DNA of 64,000 bases from Bacteroidales bacterium (GCA_024691765.1 JAILNI010000047.1:8739-72738), one strand, 5' to 3'. Positions 1 through 10,476 are shown, counted from the first letter of the stretch. Notes: a model not told the origin generated them from the letters alone. A program made the numbers and translations.

Positions 1-479
1 CTTACCCCATAACTCCCCACAAACTTCAACTCCTTAATCACCCTTTCGGTGTGAAACGAGAGTTGATTGTAGGTTTTGTAGTCTTTAAGTTCCGAGATAG
101 CGGCGGGAGCATCAAGAACGCCGTTCTCATAAAGGTTTACCACCGTGAACACTTTGTCGTTTGCGACGGGGCCGAAAACCAAATCATAACCGTGTCCTAT
201 GCCCTTGCGGCAATCTGCAACGAAATTCAGCCACGCCTCGTCCGGGCCGTGAAACTCTCGAATCTTCAGTTCAGGGCTTTCCAGGAGAGCGTCGTCAATC
301 TCAAACTCAGAAACAACTTTCCTTCCGGCCTTAGCCCTATCCATCTTGATTGAAGTCCAGTGCTCTGCCTGCTCTTTCTGGGTGGTTGTGTAAAAGCCGC
401 GGCCGAAATCAGTCCTGCTCCGGCTCAGGCGGAGGCTGGGTTTCCGCACTTCTACGTTCGATCCGTGATACAATCTCAT
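1..479 (-). CDS. DUF3990-family protein (ADP-ribosyltransferase-like putative toxin), 3' end cut by window edge
   Basis: Not in the ORF track. Manual translation from ATG at 479 gives MRLYHGSNVEVRKPSLRLSRSRTDFGRGFYTTTQKEQAEHW, with the LYHGS and DFGxGFYTT motifs of DUF3990. ATGA overlap with the upstream ORF. Confidence 0.8.
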   Translation of the reverse strand, partial: MRLYHGSNVEVRKPSLRLSRSRTDFGRGFYTTTQKEQAEHWTSIKMDRAKAGRKVVSEFEIDDALLESPELKIREFHGPDEAWLNFVADCRKGIGHGYDLVFGPVANDKVFTVVNLYENGVLDAPAAISELKDYKTYNQLSFHTERVIKELKFVGSYGV

Positions 480-904
480 CTCTTCTTCCTCCTGTCTATT
501 ATTCTTTGAACCTCATCCATCACATATCTGGTTCCTTGTGTATGAAGCAAGTCGTAGTGCTCCAAAAGGAACGTGTCTACAGCATAGTCCTTAAACAGAG
601 CCAAAGCTTGCATGCCGCTTATTCCCTTGCTTATGGCATATGACTCCATCGTGTATGTAAGGAATTCGAAAGCCTCGGACGACACCTGAACGGAATGTTC
701 CCTGCGTCTTTTTTCAAACTCTTCGTATAGAGCTTCTGAAGACAGATACCACCATTTCGCTCCTTCGTTGTACAACTCCTCGTACATCGGGTTGGAGTAG
801 ATGTATATCAATGCGGCGTACCAGGAGGTTTTCTTTCTCCTGGATACATACTCTGCCAACCCGGCAATCTTAATTGGCACTATCTGTTCTTCATAAGTTC
901 CCAT
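476..904 (-). CDS. DUF3791-family protein (putative antitoxin, apparently two tandem domains)
   Basis: C-terminal FLLEHYDLLHTQG motif typical of DUF3791; translationally coupled to the DUF3990 gene. Confidence 0.7.
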   Translation of the reverse strand: MGTYEEQIVPIKIAGLAEYVSRRKKTSWYAALIYIYSNPMYEELYNEGAKWWYLSSEALYEEFEKRRREHSVQVSSEAFEFLTYTMESYAISKGISGMQALALFKDYAVDTFLLEHYDLLHTQGTRYVMDEVQRIIDRRKKR

Positions 905-920
905 AGTTCAAAAAGCACTT

Positions 921-1430
921 TTATTCCTGCTCCACCCAAATCAGTTTCCCTACGTCGTAACCTCTGCGAGTTGCCTCGGCCAGGATGGTTTCGCGCACCT
1001 CGTCGGAAATCTGCGAAGTGCGGGCGAGAATCCATAAGAATTTGTCGGAACTGCCTCCGACCAGGACCCACTGGTAGTCTTCATCCAGAAGCATGATGCG
1101 GTAGTCGCCGTAGAAGGGACCGAAGAAGGAGACGCGCAGCACGCGCGGGTCGGAGGTGAGTTTGGCCTTGCCCCTGGCTTCCTTCGGCGCTCCGGCTTTG
1201 ATGCCGCTGTTGAGCACCTGAACCTTGCCGTCTTCGCGAAGCGTGTAGACCGCCTTGCTGTGCGAAAGTCCGCGCTCGAAGACATGGTCGAAGCGGGCGA
1301 TTTCGTACCAGTCGCCAAGGTAGCGGTCCAGTTCAAGGCCGCCGGATACGCTGTTGTCTACTTTGGGGGCCTGTGCGTTGCAGCCCAAGAATGCCAGCAG
1401 GCTGGCGAAAAGAATTGTTAACTTTTTCAT
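921..1430 (-). CDS. blc: Bacterial lipocalin (Blc-like lipoprotein)
   Basis: Lipobox FLGC; RYLGDWYEIARFD and LWILARTS lipocalin motifs. Confidence 0.9.
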   Translation of the reverse strand: MKKLTILFASLLAFLGCNAQAPKVDNSVSGGLELDRYLGDWYEIARFDHVFERGLSHSKAVYTLREDGKVQVLNSGIKAGAPKEARGKAKLTSDPRVLRVSFFGPFYGDYRIMLLDEDYQWVLVGGSSDKFLWILARTSQISDEVRETILAEATRRGYDVGKLIWVEQE

Positions 1431-1453
1431 GATAATTGGTTTTCTATTTTCTA

Positions 1454-2059
1454 TTAATCATTGCCAGTCTCTTTTTCACTCACTTCTATCTGCTCGTCTT
1501 CCGCAGCTCCGTTAGATTGATTCGATACTTCGACTTCCGCATCGTTCAGTTCGTTATCATCGTCCATAAAGGCATAACAGTTGGCGGCTTTCATTCTGTC
1601 CCATAACGGACTGGATGTCATCTCTGTCAGCTTCTTGAAAGAATCCGAAATCGGGTAGACCCCACTTGTAAAGAGAGGAGCAGCCTTTGTCGCGTCCTTA
1701 CTGAAGGCCCCCATTCTTTCAAGAGCTTTCAAATAATTTGACATAAGACTATGATTAACGTTGAGAACCTCCTGATTTACATTAACCTCCATAATTGTAG
1801 AACTCTTCACTGAATGTTCTGGAAGTGAATGAACGAAATCCAGGAAGCGCTGCTGGTTCATGAACATTATCTTCTGCCCTCCGGTCTCATCATGAAATTC
1901 GCGCAAGAGTTCGCGACGCGGGCCTTTCTTCTTTCCATTCTCTATACGCATCCAGTCTTCCTTGAGATCCTCACAGACAAAGATTACATCCTTTTTCTGC
2001 GCCGCGGAATGACGGATAATCTGTTTCCATAGTATCAGATCGCCATAAATATGTCTGTT
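1454..2059 (-). pseudogene. 5'-truncated PIN-like domain protein (DUF4935/PIN_8-like) remnant
   Basis: The frame upstream of the called ATG (1951) reads IYGDLILWKQII...DVIFVCEDLKEDW...GPRRELLREF, the C-terminal half of a PIN-like domain. It runs into the rfbA stop region with no start codon of its own; GC is lower. Confidence 0.6.
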
Positions 2060-2934
2060 TATCTCATTTCCCCCGCCAACCTCATCAGATACTCCCCGTA
2101 CTGGTTCTTGGCCATCGGCGCGGCGAGGTCGCGGAGCTTGGAGGCGGGGATCCAGCCGCGGCGGAAGGCGATTTCCTCGAGGCAGGCGATCTTGAGGCCC
2201 TGGCGCTTTTCGATGGTCTCGATGTAGATCGAGGCCTCGGCGAGGGAGTCGTGGGTGCCGGTGTCGAGCCAGGCGAAGCCGCGGCCGAGGGTCTGAACCC
2301 GCAGGGCGCCGGCTTTCAGGAAGGCCTGGTTGACGCTGGTGATCTCCAGTTCGCCTCGGGCTGAAGGCCGTATGCCCTTTGCGATCTTCACCACCTCGTT
2401 CGGGTAGAAGTAGAGCCCGACTACCGCGTAGTTGCTCTTCGGCTTCGAGGGTTTCTCTTCGATCGAGAGGCAGTTGCCCTCCGTATCGAACTCGGCGACG
2501 CCGTAACGCTCGGGGTCGCTCACCCAGTAGCCGAAGATTGTGGCTTTCTTATCTGCCTCCTTTACCGCCTCCGTCAGCATCTGCTCGAATCCCGCCCCGT
2601 GGAAGATGTTGTCGCCCAGAACGAGGCAGACGGAATCGTCTCCAATGAACTGCTCGCCAATCAGGAAGGCCTGCGCCAACCCGTCCGGGGAGGGCTGCTC
2701 GGCATACTCGAAGCGCACGCCGAGGTCCGACCCGTCGCCCAGCAGACGCCGGAATGCCGGAAGGTCCTGCGGAGTGGAGATGATGAGTATCTCCCGTATC
2801 CCCGCCTGCATCAGCACGCTGATGGGGTAATAGACCATCGGCTTGTCGTAGATCGGCAGCAGCTGCTTGCTGACGCCTTTGGTTATGGGGTAAAGCCGGG
2901 TGCCGGAACCGCCGGCGAGAACGATGCCTTTCAT
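2059..2934 (-). CDS. rfbA: Glucose-1-phosphate thymidylyltransferase
   Basis: [29 protein letters not shown] and WLDTGT motifs. Confidence 0.97.
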   Translation of the reverse strand: MKGIVLAGGSGTRLYPITKGVSKQLLPIYDKPMVYYPISVLMQAGIREILIISTPQDLPAFRRLLGDGSDLGVRFEYAEQPSPDGLAQAFLIGEQFIGDDSVCLVLGDNIFHGAGFEQMLTEAVKEADKKATIFGYWVSDPERYGVAEFDTEGNCLSIEEKPSKPKSNYAVVGLYFYPNEVVKIAKGIRPSARGELEITSVNQAFLKAGALRVQTLGRGFAWLDTGTHDSLAEASIYIETIEKRQGLKIACLEEIAFRRGWIPASKLRDLAAPMAKNQYGEYLMRLAGEMR

Positions 2935-4244
2935 TAGTCTCTCTTAAAAATATCCCTCGTGTAAACTTTGGCGGCCACGTCGGCGAGGGCGTCGTCGTAG
3001 CGGTTGGCGATGATGGCGTCGGCCTGGGCCTTGAAGGCGGGGAGGTCGTTCACCACGGGGCTGCCGAAGAAGGTGGAGCCGTCGGGCAGCGAAGGTTCGA
3101 ACACAATCACGCGCGCGCCCTTGGCCTTGATGCGTTTCATGATGCCCTGGATGGCGCTCTGCCGGAAGTTGTCGGAGCCGGTTTTCATGGCCAGGCGGTA
3201 AACGCCGATGGTGACCTCCTTCTCCTGGGCCGCCTCGTAGGAGTTCGCGCGGCCGGTGTAGCTGTAGTAGCCGGCGCGGTCGAGCACGCGGTCGGCGATG
3301 AAGTCCTTGCGGGTGCGGTTGGAGTCGACAATCGCCTTGATCAGGTTCTCCGGCACGTCGTTGAAGTTGGCCAGCAGCTGTTTGGTGTCCTTAGGCAGAC
3401 AGTATCCTCCGTACCCGAAGCTGGGGTTGTTGTAGTGCGAGCCGATGCGGGGGTCGAGGCAGACGCCCTCGATGATGGCGCGCGTGTCGAGGCCCTTCAT
3501 CTCGGCGTAGGTGTCGAGTTCATTGAAGTAGCTGACGCGCAGGGCCAGGTAGGTGTTTGCGAAGAGCTTGACCGCTTCGGCCTCGGTGCTGCCCATCAGG
3601 AGGACGGCGGGGTCGTTGAGGGCGGTCTCCTTAAGGAGAGACGCGAACTGCCGTGCGGCTTCGCGAAGGGGTTGGGCGGGGCCGGCGTCCTCATCAAAAC
3701 CGACAATTATGCGACTCGGGTAGAGGTTGTCGTAGAGGGCCTTGCTCTCCCGGAGGAACTCGGGGGCGAAGATGATTTTCGGCACGACCGTGCGGAAGCT
3801 GCCGTCCTGCATGCGCTCGCGGTAGCTGAACTTCTCCCGCACCGCCCTGGTGTAGCCGACGGGCACGGTGCTCTTGATGACCATGACCGCATCGGGGTTG
3901 ACCTCCAGCACCAGCGAGACGACCTCCTCGACGTGCGAAGTGTCGAAAAAGTTCTTTTTGGGGTCGTAGTTGGTGGGGGCCGCTATCACCACGAAGTCGG
4001 CGTCGCGGTAGGCGGCGCGTCCGTCGAGGGTGGCAGTGAGGTTGAGCTTCACCGGCTTGCCGTTCGCGTCGGTGCCGGAGAGGTATTTTTCGATGTATTC
4101 GTCCTGGATCGGGCTCTCCCGGCGGTTGATCTTTTCCACCTTTTCGGGGATCACGTCGACGGCCGCAACATGGTGCTTTTGGCTCAAAAGCACCGACAGG
4201 CTCATACCCACGTAACCGGTTCCCGCAACTGCTATTTTCATCAT
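2934..4244 (-). CDS. ugd: UDP-glucose 6-dehydrogenase
   Basis: [17 protein letters not shown] and catalytic [10 protein letters not shown]; start moved to MMKIAV at 4244. Confidence 0.93.
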   Translation of the reverse strand: MMKIAVAGTGYVGMSLSVLLSQKHHVAAVDVIPEKVEKINRRESPIQDEYIEKYLSGTDANGKPVKLNLTATLDGRAAYRDADFVVIAAPTNYDPKKNFFDTSHVEEVVSLVLEVNPDAVMVIKSTVPVGYTRAVREKFSYRERMQDGSFRTVVPKIIFAPEFLRESKALYDNLYPSRIIVGFDEDAGPAQPLREAARQFASLLKETALNDPAVLLMGSTEAEAVKLFANTYLALRVSYFNELDTYAEMKGLDTRAIIEGVCLDPRIGSHYNNPSFGYGGYCLPKDTKQLLANFNDVPENLIKAIVDSNRTRKDFIADRVLDRAGYYSYTGRANSYEAAQEKEVTIGVYRLAMKTGSDNFRQSAIQGIMKRIKAKGARVIVFEPSLPDGSTFFGSPVVNDLPAFKAQADAIIANRYDDALADVAAKVYTRDIFKRD

Positions 4245-4440
4245 TATTTGAGGTATAGACATTTCTTTGGCTCCTCGAGTCTCAATTAAATCGCTGAAAC
4301 TCAAGCAATTAAGCCATTATATTGGTGGTTAAGGGCTTTCAGACTCTCCGCCACCAATTTACAAAGATAGAAAAAAATTCGACTTGCGCGAGCGCAGGAC
4401 TTATTTATAAAAGGAAATCTTATTGCTAATTTTGGGCCCT

Positions 4441-5670
4441 ATGAAAGCGTTCGACTACATCCGCTCCTCGCTGCGGTCGCTCCTGCACCTGCGTTCCGAC
4501 ATGGACACAGCGGCGGCCGAGCAGAACATCCGCGGCAACGTCTACTTCCGCGGAGCCAACATACTCATCCTCGCATTCTCGATAATCATCGCTTCTGTGG
4601 GGCTCAACGTCAATTCCACCGCCGTAATCATCGGCGCCATGCTCATCTCCCCCCTGATGGGGCCGATAATCGGGGTGGGCCTGGCCGGAAGCATCAACGA
4701 CACCCGGCTACTTCGCGACTCCCTCTGGAACCTGCTGTTGATGGTGGTCATCTCCCTTGCGGCATCGGCTCTCTACTTCATGCTGTCGCCGCTCGAACTG
4801 GCCAATCCGACCGAACTCGAGGCACGCACGTCGCCCAGCATTTTCGATGTGCTGATAGCCCTCTTCGGCGGGGCCGCGGGCATCGTGGAACTCAGCCGGA
4901 AAGAGAAGGGAACGGTGATCTCCGGAGTGGCGATCGCGACCGCCCTGATGCCACCCCTCTGCACCGCCGGATACGGCCTTGCGAGCTGGAACGGACACTT
5001 CCTTTTCGGGGCTCTCGGGCTCTTCGGAATCAACGCGATTTTCATTGCGCTCGCCACCTATCTGGGCGCAAAACTGCTTGGTTATAAGGAAGTTCAGTTC
5101 GTGGATTCGCACCGTGCCAAAAACGCCCGGATATGGGTTTCGGTATTCGTTCTGCTGGTGATTGCGGTGAGTCTCGGGTCGGCCGTGAAGATAGTGCGGA
5201 AGAACAATTTCGAGAGCAGTGCCGAGGCCTTCGTGCGCGAGAACCGTTCGATGGACAAAGCGTACATTTACGACTATCACATCGATGACGCAGCGCACAA
5301 GGTGGAGATTCGTGTTACCGGGCGCCGGATGTCCGAAAGGATGCGCGCGGCGCTGTATGAAAGCGCGGCCGCCCACGGAATCCCTTTCGATGCCCTCACC
5401 ATCACGGAGAATACTCTTCAGGAGACGGACGATATCATCCGCAGCGAGCAGCTTGCGAGCAAGGTGGAGCAGTCGGAGATAGAGGACGCCCGGCGCGACG
5501 CCATGATCCTGAGCCTGAGCGAGCAGCTGGATTCCCTTCGCGCCCGGCTGGACAGCCTGCAGCGGCCTGAAAACGCTTACAGCTTTACGGTGGAGCCTTC
5601 CGCGATGGAGCGGGATGAGAGCGGGGTGACGGAGGTCCAGAGCACGAGGTCGGCCAGGGATGCCGGGTAG
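4441..5670 (+). CDS. DUF389 / TIGR00341-family membrane protein
   Basis: STAVIIGAMLISPLMGPI and GVAIATALMPPL motifs; TAATTTTG promoter just upstream of ATG 4441. Confidence 0.88.
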   Translation: MKAFDYIRSSLRSLLHLRSDMDTAAAEQNIRGNVYFRGANILILAFSIIIASVGLNVNSTAVIIGAMLISPLMGPIIGVGLAGSINDTRLLRDSLWNLLLMVVISLAASALYFMLSPLELANPTELEARTSPSIFDVLIALFGGAAGIVELSRKEKGTVISGVAIATALMPPLCTAGYGLASWNGHFLFGALGLFGINAIFIALATYLGAKLLGYKEVQFVDSHRAKNARIWVSVFVLLVIAVSLGSAVKIVRKNNFESSAEAFVRENRSMDKAYIYDYHIDDAAHKVEIRVTGRRMSERMRAALYESAAAHGIPFDALTITENTLQETDDIIRSEQLASKVEQSEIEDARRDAMILSLSEQLDSLRARLDSLQRPENAYSFTVEPSAMERDESGVTEVQSTRSARDAG

Positions 5671-6755
5671 GCCGCGCCGCCGGACAGGTCTTCCGCAATC
5701 GCCTTCAGCATTATGTAATCCATGCCGCCGTGATGGCTGTCGGCCGCGGTGGCTTCGGAGCCCCATTTCCGCCACATCGGGTCGAGAAATTCTTCGATGT
5801 AGGGGGCGTCGCTCTCCCACTCCTCTTCCGGGCTCCGGCCCTGCACGTAGATGCGGTGGGTGTCCTCCTCCCAGATACCGCGAGTACCCTGAATTTCAAT
5901 ACCATAGCTGCGCGGACGCGGGAGGGTGGTGTCGTGGATCAGGGTGAGCAGCTTGCCGTCTGAGGTGCGGGCCACGGTGTTCACTATATCGCCCATCGTT
6001 ATCTTCGGACAGGAGGGTCCGAGCCTCTCTCGGAGGCCGGCGGATTTGGAGGAAAAAGACGTGAGTTCGGCCAGTGAATGCACGTCGCCGATAAGGCAGA
6101 GCGGAGCTATGCTGTGGGTCGGATAGATGTCGGCGTTTTCGGTGGTGTAGGCCTTCGCCCGCCAGGGTTCGTAAGGCTTTCCAGGGAAGGGTCCGGGTGC
6201 CGGTCCGCCGAACTCTCCGGACGCGTTCACAAGGGTGCTTCGGAGGTCGTGACGGTAGCATCCTTTCATGTAGACTATCTCTCCGAAGAGCCCCTTTCTG
6301 ACCATCTCCCGAACCGCCAGAAGGTCGCGCCGGAAGATGATGTTTTCCATGGGGAAGACCTTGCCACCCCTGTCGATAAGAGGCTGATACTCACCTTCTT
6401 CCAGGCCGCCGCGGATTTCGAGGGCAACCTTGCATCCGGCGTCGAGACAGGCGGCCGCCTGGGGGATGTGGCAGTGCCAGGGCGAGCAGATGACGGCCAG
6501 TTCCGGCTTCAGTTCGGCCAGCATGCGGCGGTAGTCCTCCGGGCCGTCGGAGTATATCTTCAGGCCGGCGAAACAGTCGGTGTCGGAGGATGCGCCGGGA
6601 TTGCTTCCGGAAACGGCTCCCGGATTACCACCGGGAACTCCAGGGCTTCCCAGACCGGGATCCGCCACCGCTACGGGCTCGAAGAAGGGAATCGCCCGCA
6701 TCAGTTTGAGCAGGGCCTTCCCCCTGTAGCCTCCGCCTATCAGAACCGTTTTCAT
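5577..6755 (-). CDS. Gfo/Idh/MocA NAD-dependent glycosidase (GH109-like)
   Basis: Rossmann GGGYRG, YPTH and HGGMD motifs of GH109. Confidence 0.8.
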   Translation of the reverse strand: MKTVLIGGGYRGKALLKLMRAIPFFEPVAVADPGLGSPGVPGGNPGAVSGSNPGASSDTDCFAGLKIYSDGPEDYRRMLAELKPELAVICSPWHCHIPQAAACLDAGCKVALEIRGGLEEGEYQPLIDRGGKVFPMENIIFRRDLLAVREMVRKGLFGEIVYMKGCYRHDLRSTLVNASGEFGGPAPGPFPGKPYEPWRAKAYTTENADIYPTHSIAPLCLIGDVHSLAELTSFSSKSAGLRERLGPSCPKITMGDIVNTVARTSDGKLLTLIHDTTLPRPRSYGIEIQGTRGIWEEDTHRIYVQGRSPEEEWESDAPYIEEFLDPMWRKWGSEATAADSHHGGMDYIMLKAIAEDLSGGAAYPASLADLVLWTSVTPLSSRSIAEGSTVKL

Positions 6756-6845
6756 CTGCCTTGGAGTATCAAATTGCGTAGTCTTTAAACGTTTAAAAAA
6801 CGATTGTAAAAGTTTGAAAACGTTAGTAATCGTTTAACGGCGCTT

Positions 6846-8942
6846 CTAAAGTGTGCGGTACCTTTCGCCGTAATAGAGCATCTGGGCGAGGTAGTCTTCG
6901 GGATAGCTGATTGCATAGTCCACAATGGCTCCGTCGTCTCCGAAAACCGGCCGGATTTCGGGATTCACGAAACCGCCGTAAGGCTTGAGATTCAGGCCCG
7001 TATAGCGCTCCAGTACCTCTTTGTGGAGTTCCGGGTCTATGTTCACGCCATACTTCTCGACCAGCGCCTTGCCGGCCTCGTAGTCGCCCTCGCTCTTGAT
7101 GCGCTGTATCTCTCCGAGGAGCTTTCCGAACAGCTCGCGCAAGGCCTTGTAATCGTTTACTACGAAGTATGTCTTGCCCTCGCGGACGCGCTTTTCGATA
7201 ACGCTTCCAGGAGCGCCCTTGACGCCGTCCGCGGCACCCTGCTCATAGCACCACTCGGCAACGAGCTGACGGTTCTGCATGTGGGCCTCGGTGTTCTGCT
7301 TGCCGAGTTCCACACGGGTGAACTGGGTCATGAGTCCGTTGCGGATGTAGCTCGCGTACTCCGACTTGTATGCCTCGCGATCGGGCACGATTCCAAGCTC
7401 GACCATCTTGGGGTCGGCGCAGTAATAGAGGCCGAAAAGGTCGGCGCGGGCCTCTTCAAGCGCGCTCTGATACTCGCCCAGAGCGGTGGAAGACACACCC
7501 GGCAGAAGTTGGCCGCTCCCGTGACCGAGGCATTCGTGCAGGTCGGTGTGGATCTCGCTCATGGTATCACCCCACTTCTTCACGAGGTCGATTTCCGCCT
7601 GGTCCCAGGCGAACTCGGCGAGCACGCTCTTCGGCTGCTCGAGCGCTGCGGCATCGTATGCGTGAGTTATATTGGCGATGGTGACGCTCTTGGAGCCGTG
7701 TTCTTTGCGTATCCAGTCGGCGTTCGGCAGGTTGATGCCTATGGGCGTCGAGGGATACGTGGCCCCTGCCAGCGCCACTGCGTTGATGACCTTGGCGGTG
7801 ATGCCCTTGCATTCAGCCTTCTTGAAACGCGCGTCCACGGGAGAGTTGTCCTCGAACCACTGGGCATTGGCGCTCAGGATCTCGGTGCGCCTGGAGGCCT
7901 CCTGGTCCTTGATATTCACGAGACCTTCCCAGGTAGCTTTGCGTCCGAGCGGGTCGTCGTAATCCTCAATGAAGCCGTTCACGTAGTCCACCGTGCCGAG
8001 GGTGTCCTGCACCCAGAGGATGTTGTAGTCGTCCCAGGTGCGGAGGTCTCCGGTGGTGTAATACTCTATCAGCTTGTCGATTGCCTCTTTCTGAAGCTCG
8101 TTTTCGGCAACCGCCTGGGCCTTGCGGAGTTCGGCGCAGATGCGCTTGATGGCGTCGGAGTAGATGCCGTCCACCTTCCATTTCTTCTCGACCAGACGCC
8201 CCTTCTCCTTAACGACCTTGCTGTTAAGGCCATACGAAACGGGATGCTTGTCGCCCTTGACGGCCTGGCGCGCATAGAAGTCGTCCACCTCTTTGCGGGA
8301 GATGCCCTCGCCATAGAAGTTCACCGCGCTGGCGGCGACGATGTCCTTGCTGCTGTCGGTCGAACGCCTCTGCGGATAGAGGTCGGGGTTGTAAACGACG
8401 TCCAGCAGCTGCTCAGCCGTGAGCGTCAACCCTTCGGCTCCCGTCCAGAAAACGGGGGCGGCGTCTCCCTGGGCTGCATCTCCCTGGTCCGGGTCCGTCT
8501 GTCCGTCAGAGGAAATGTCGGCGAGCAGGCTCGCGAAATACTCCCTGCTGCAGGCCGGGAAGAACTTGTCTTCGGCGTAATGATGATGTATGCCGTTACT
8601 GAAGAAAACCCTCTTGGCATAGACCACGAAGGCATCCCAGTCTTCCCCTTCACGCGGGCCGGAGTAGTTCGCGAAGATATCCTCTATGGCGTGGCGGACC
8701 GGCAGGTTGAAACGGCAGTACTGGTCCCAGGTGATGTCCCGGCCCAATTTTGCCGCTTCCGACAGATGGAAGATGTATTCCTTCTGCTCCAGGCTGAGGT
8801 TTTCCCAACCGGGCACTTGGTAACGCATGATGCGGAGGTCGGCGAAGGAGTCGATCGAGTATTTGAATTCAGTGTTTTTGGGGGCGCAAGCGGACGCGGC
8901 CGCGATCCCTGCTGCAATTGCAATCATCTTTACGAGTTTCAT
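6846..8942 (-). CDS. Dipeptidyl peptidase III (peptidase M49), lipoprotein
   Basis: HECLGH and EEARAD motifs; lipobox ASAC. Confidence 0.92.
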   Translation of the reverse strand: MKLVKMIAIAAGIAAASACAPKNTEFKYSIDSFADLRIMRYQVPGWENLSLEQKEYIFHLSEAAKLGRDITWDQYCRFNLPVRHAIEDIFANYSGPREGEDWDAFVVYAKRVFFSNGIHHHYAEDKFFPACSREYFASLLADISSDGQTDPDQGDAAQGDAAPVFWTGAEGLTLTAEQLLDVVYNPDLYPQRRSTDSSKDIVAASAVNFYGEGISRKEVDDFYARQAVKGDKHPVSYGLNSKVVKEKGRLVEKKWKVDGIYSDAIKRICAELRKAQAVAENELQKEAIDKLIEYYTTGDLRTWDDYNILWVQDTLGTVDYVNGFIEDYDDPLGRKATWEGLVNIKDQEASRRTEILSANAQWFEDNSPVDARFKKAECKGITAKVINAVALAGATYPSTPIGINLPNADWIRKEHGSKSVTIANITHAYDAAALEQPKSVLAEFAWDQAEIDLVKKWGDTMSEIHTDLHECLGHGSGQLLPGVSSTALGEYQSALEEARADLFGLYYCADPKMVELGIVPDREAYKSEYASYIRNGLMTQFTRVELGKQNTEAHMQNRQLVAEWCYEQGAADGVKGAPGSVIEKRVREGKTYFVVNDYKALRELFGKLLGEIQRIKSEGDYEAGKALVEKYGVNIDPELHKEVLERYTGLNLKPYGGFVNPEIRPVFGDDGAIVDYAISYPEDYLAQMLYYGERYRTL

Positions 8943-9051
8943 AATTGCAAAGATAATCATTTTTGAAAAAGGGGTTGCCTTGGATGCACCATGACGGTGG
9001 AGGCTAACAAGTCACAGCGCATACGAGCGACCAGTCTGGCTGTAGCCGGAC

Positions 9052-9110
9052 AGGCGACGGGGAATGAAGGCGCCGGGGAATGAAGGCGACTGGGAATGAA
9101 GGCGCCGGGG
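9052..9110. repeat. 16-bp tandem repeat, about 3.7 copies (AGGCG[AC]C[GT]GGGAATGA)
   Basis: aggcgacggggaatga / aggcgccggggaatga / aggcgactgggaatga / aggcgccgggg, downstream of rimM. Confidence 0.85.
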
Positions 9111-9123
9111 GCAGACGGGTAGG

Positions 9124-9726
9124 TTAGTAGAGTCCGGCGGGGAGGTCGAGGACGAGTTCGCGGCGGGCGGGGTCGGCCGAGACGATGAAGTCCTCGTGGA
9201 GGGGAATCATGATGTCGCCGACGTAGATGCAGTAGTTCCCCGGTATGGGTTCGTCGCCGGTCACGGTTCCCAGACGGCGCGGCGCGGAATCGGCAGTAAT
9301 ACCAGCGGGGGCCGCAGCACCAGCCCCAGCGGCCTGGGCAGCACCGGCCCCAGCGACACCGGCAGGAGTGGCCCCAGCGCCACGGGCAGCACCGGCTTCG
9401 GCGGCACCTGCTGCATACGCGCCACCGCCGATATCATACACCGTCCAGCCGATGAAGTCGGGGCTGTCGGGCTCCTGCTCGACATCGGCGAAAATCTGGC
9501 GACCAACCACCTCGTCGGCCTCTTCAAGGTTGGAGATGTCGGTCAGATGGAGGATGTAACGGTTGCCTTTGGGGGTGCAGTCCACAATGAAGAAAGGAAC
9601 CTGGAGCCCATCGTACTCGATGAACACAGGTTCCTTCTTTTCCAGAGTTTCCAGATCGACATCGGAGCTCACGAGGAGACCTCCGTCGGTTCCGTAGGAT
9701 TTGAGGATTCTGCCTATTGAGAGCAT
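9124..9726 (-). CDS. rimM: 16S rRNA processing protein RimM with Ala/Gly-rich insertion
   Basis: IGRILKSYGTDG, VPFFI and MIPLHEDFI...LDLPAGL; follows rpsP. Confidence 0.85.
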   Translation of the reverse strand: MLSIGRILKSYGTDGGLLVSSDVDLETLEKKEPVFIEYDGLQVPFFIVDCTPKGNRYILHLTDISNLEEADEVVGRQIFADVEQEPDSPDFIGWTVYDIGGGAYAAGAAEAGAARGAGATPAGVAGAGAAQAAGAGAAAPAGITADSAPRRLGTVTGDEPIPGNYCIYVGDIMIPLHEDFIVSADPARRELVLDLPAGLY

Positions 9727-9740
9727 GCCCTGACGGGGAA

Positions 9741-10361
9741 CTACTCGGCGGCGGGAGCTTCAGCTTCGGCGGGTGCCTCTGCGGCAGGGGCTTCCTCTAC
9801 GGGAGCCTCTTCCACTGCGGGAGCTTCCTCTGCGGCGGCCTCTGCAGCCTCGGCGGCCTCTTCGGCAGCCTCAGCTTCAGCCTCTGCCTGCTTTTCAGCG
9901 AGCTTGGCGGCCTTCTTGGCGATTTCCTCGGCGCGCGCGGCGTTCACCTTGCGCTCCTCAGCGGCGGCAGCCTTTGCCCTGGCCTCGGCGTCCTTTTCAA
10001 GACCCGCTACCTTGGCGGCGACCTTCGCATCCCTCTGGGCTTTCCATGCATTCCACTTTGCATCGGCCTGCTCCTGGGTGAGGGCTCCCTTTGCAACGCC
10101 ACCCTGGAGGTGCTTGCGGAGGAGAACTCCTTCGTAGGAGAAGATGCGGCGGCAAACCAGAGACGGCTGGGCGCCAACGTTGAGCCATGCAAGAGCCTTC
10201 TCGGAATCGAGAACGATGGTTGCAGGGTTGGTGTTGGGGTTGTAGGAGCCGAGCTGCTCGATGAAGCGACCGTCGCGCGGTGCACGTGAATCCGCCACTA
10301 CAATGTGGAAGAATGCGAAATTCTTCTTACCGCGGCGCTGGAGACGAATTTTAACAGCCAT
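9741..10361 (-). CDS. rpsP: 30S ribosomal protein S16 with Bacteroidota C-terminal extension
   Basis: [11 protein letters not shown]...[21 protein letters not shown]. Confidence 0.97.
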   Translation of the reverse strand: MAVKIRLQRRGKKNFAFFHIVVADSRAPRDGRFIEQLGSYNPNTNPATIVLDSEKALAWLNVGAQPSLVCRRIFSYEGVLLRKHLQGGVAKGALTQEQADAKWNAWKAQRDAKVAAKVAGLEKDAEARAKAAAAEERKVNAARAEEIAKKAAKLAEKQAEAEAEAAEEAAEAAEAAAEEAPAVEEAPVEEAPAAEAPAEAEAPAAE

Positions 10362-10476
10362 TGTGAATCTGTTTTAATAATTAATAATAAGTTGTATGCC
10401 CCTTTCTCGAAGGGGGTGCAAAGTTAGAAAAAATTTTTGCAATTATCCAAAATATATCTATATTTGCAGCCCCAAA

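Noticed and set aside
5577-5670. 94-bp convergent overlap of the DUF389 and GH109 genes
   Set aside because: Most simply a stop-codon loss extending a non-conserved tail; no evidence of function
7023-8966. Long antisense ORFs (also 3435-4289, 28942-30351, 46896-48641, 62817-63839)
   Set aside because: Shadow frames opposite well-supported genes, expected from GC-rich codon bias
9052-9110. Possible CRISPR array
   Set aside because: Units are contiguous with no unique spacers, only 16 bp long, and no cas genes are present
9741-9960. Ala/Glu-rich S16 tail as another anomalous insertion
   Set aside because: Long acidic S16 tails are normal in Bacteroidota
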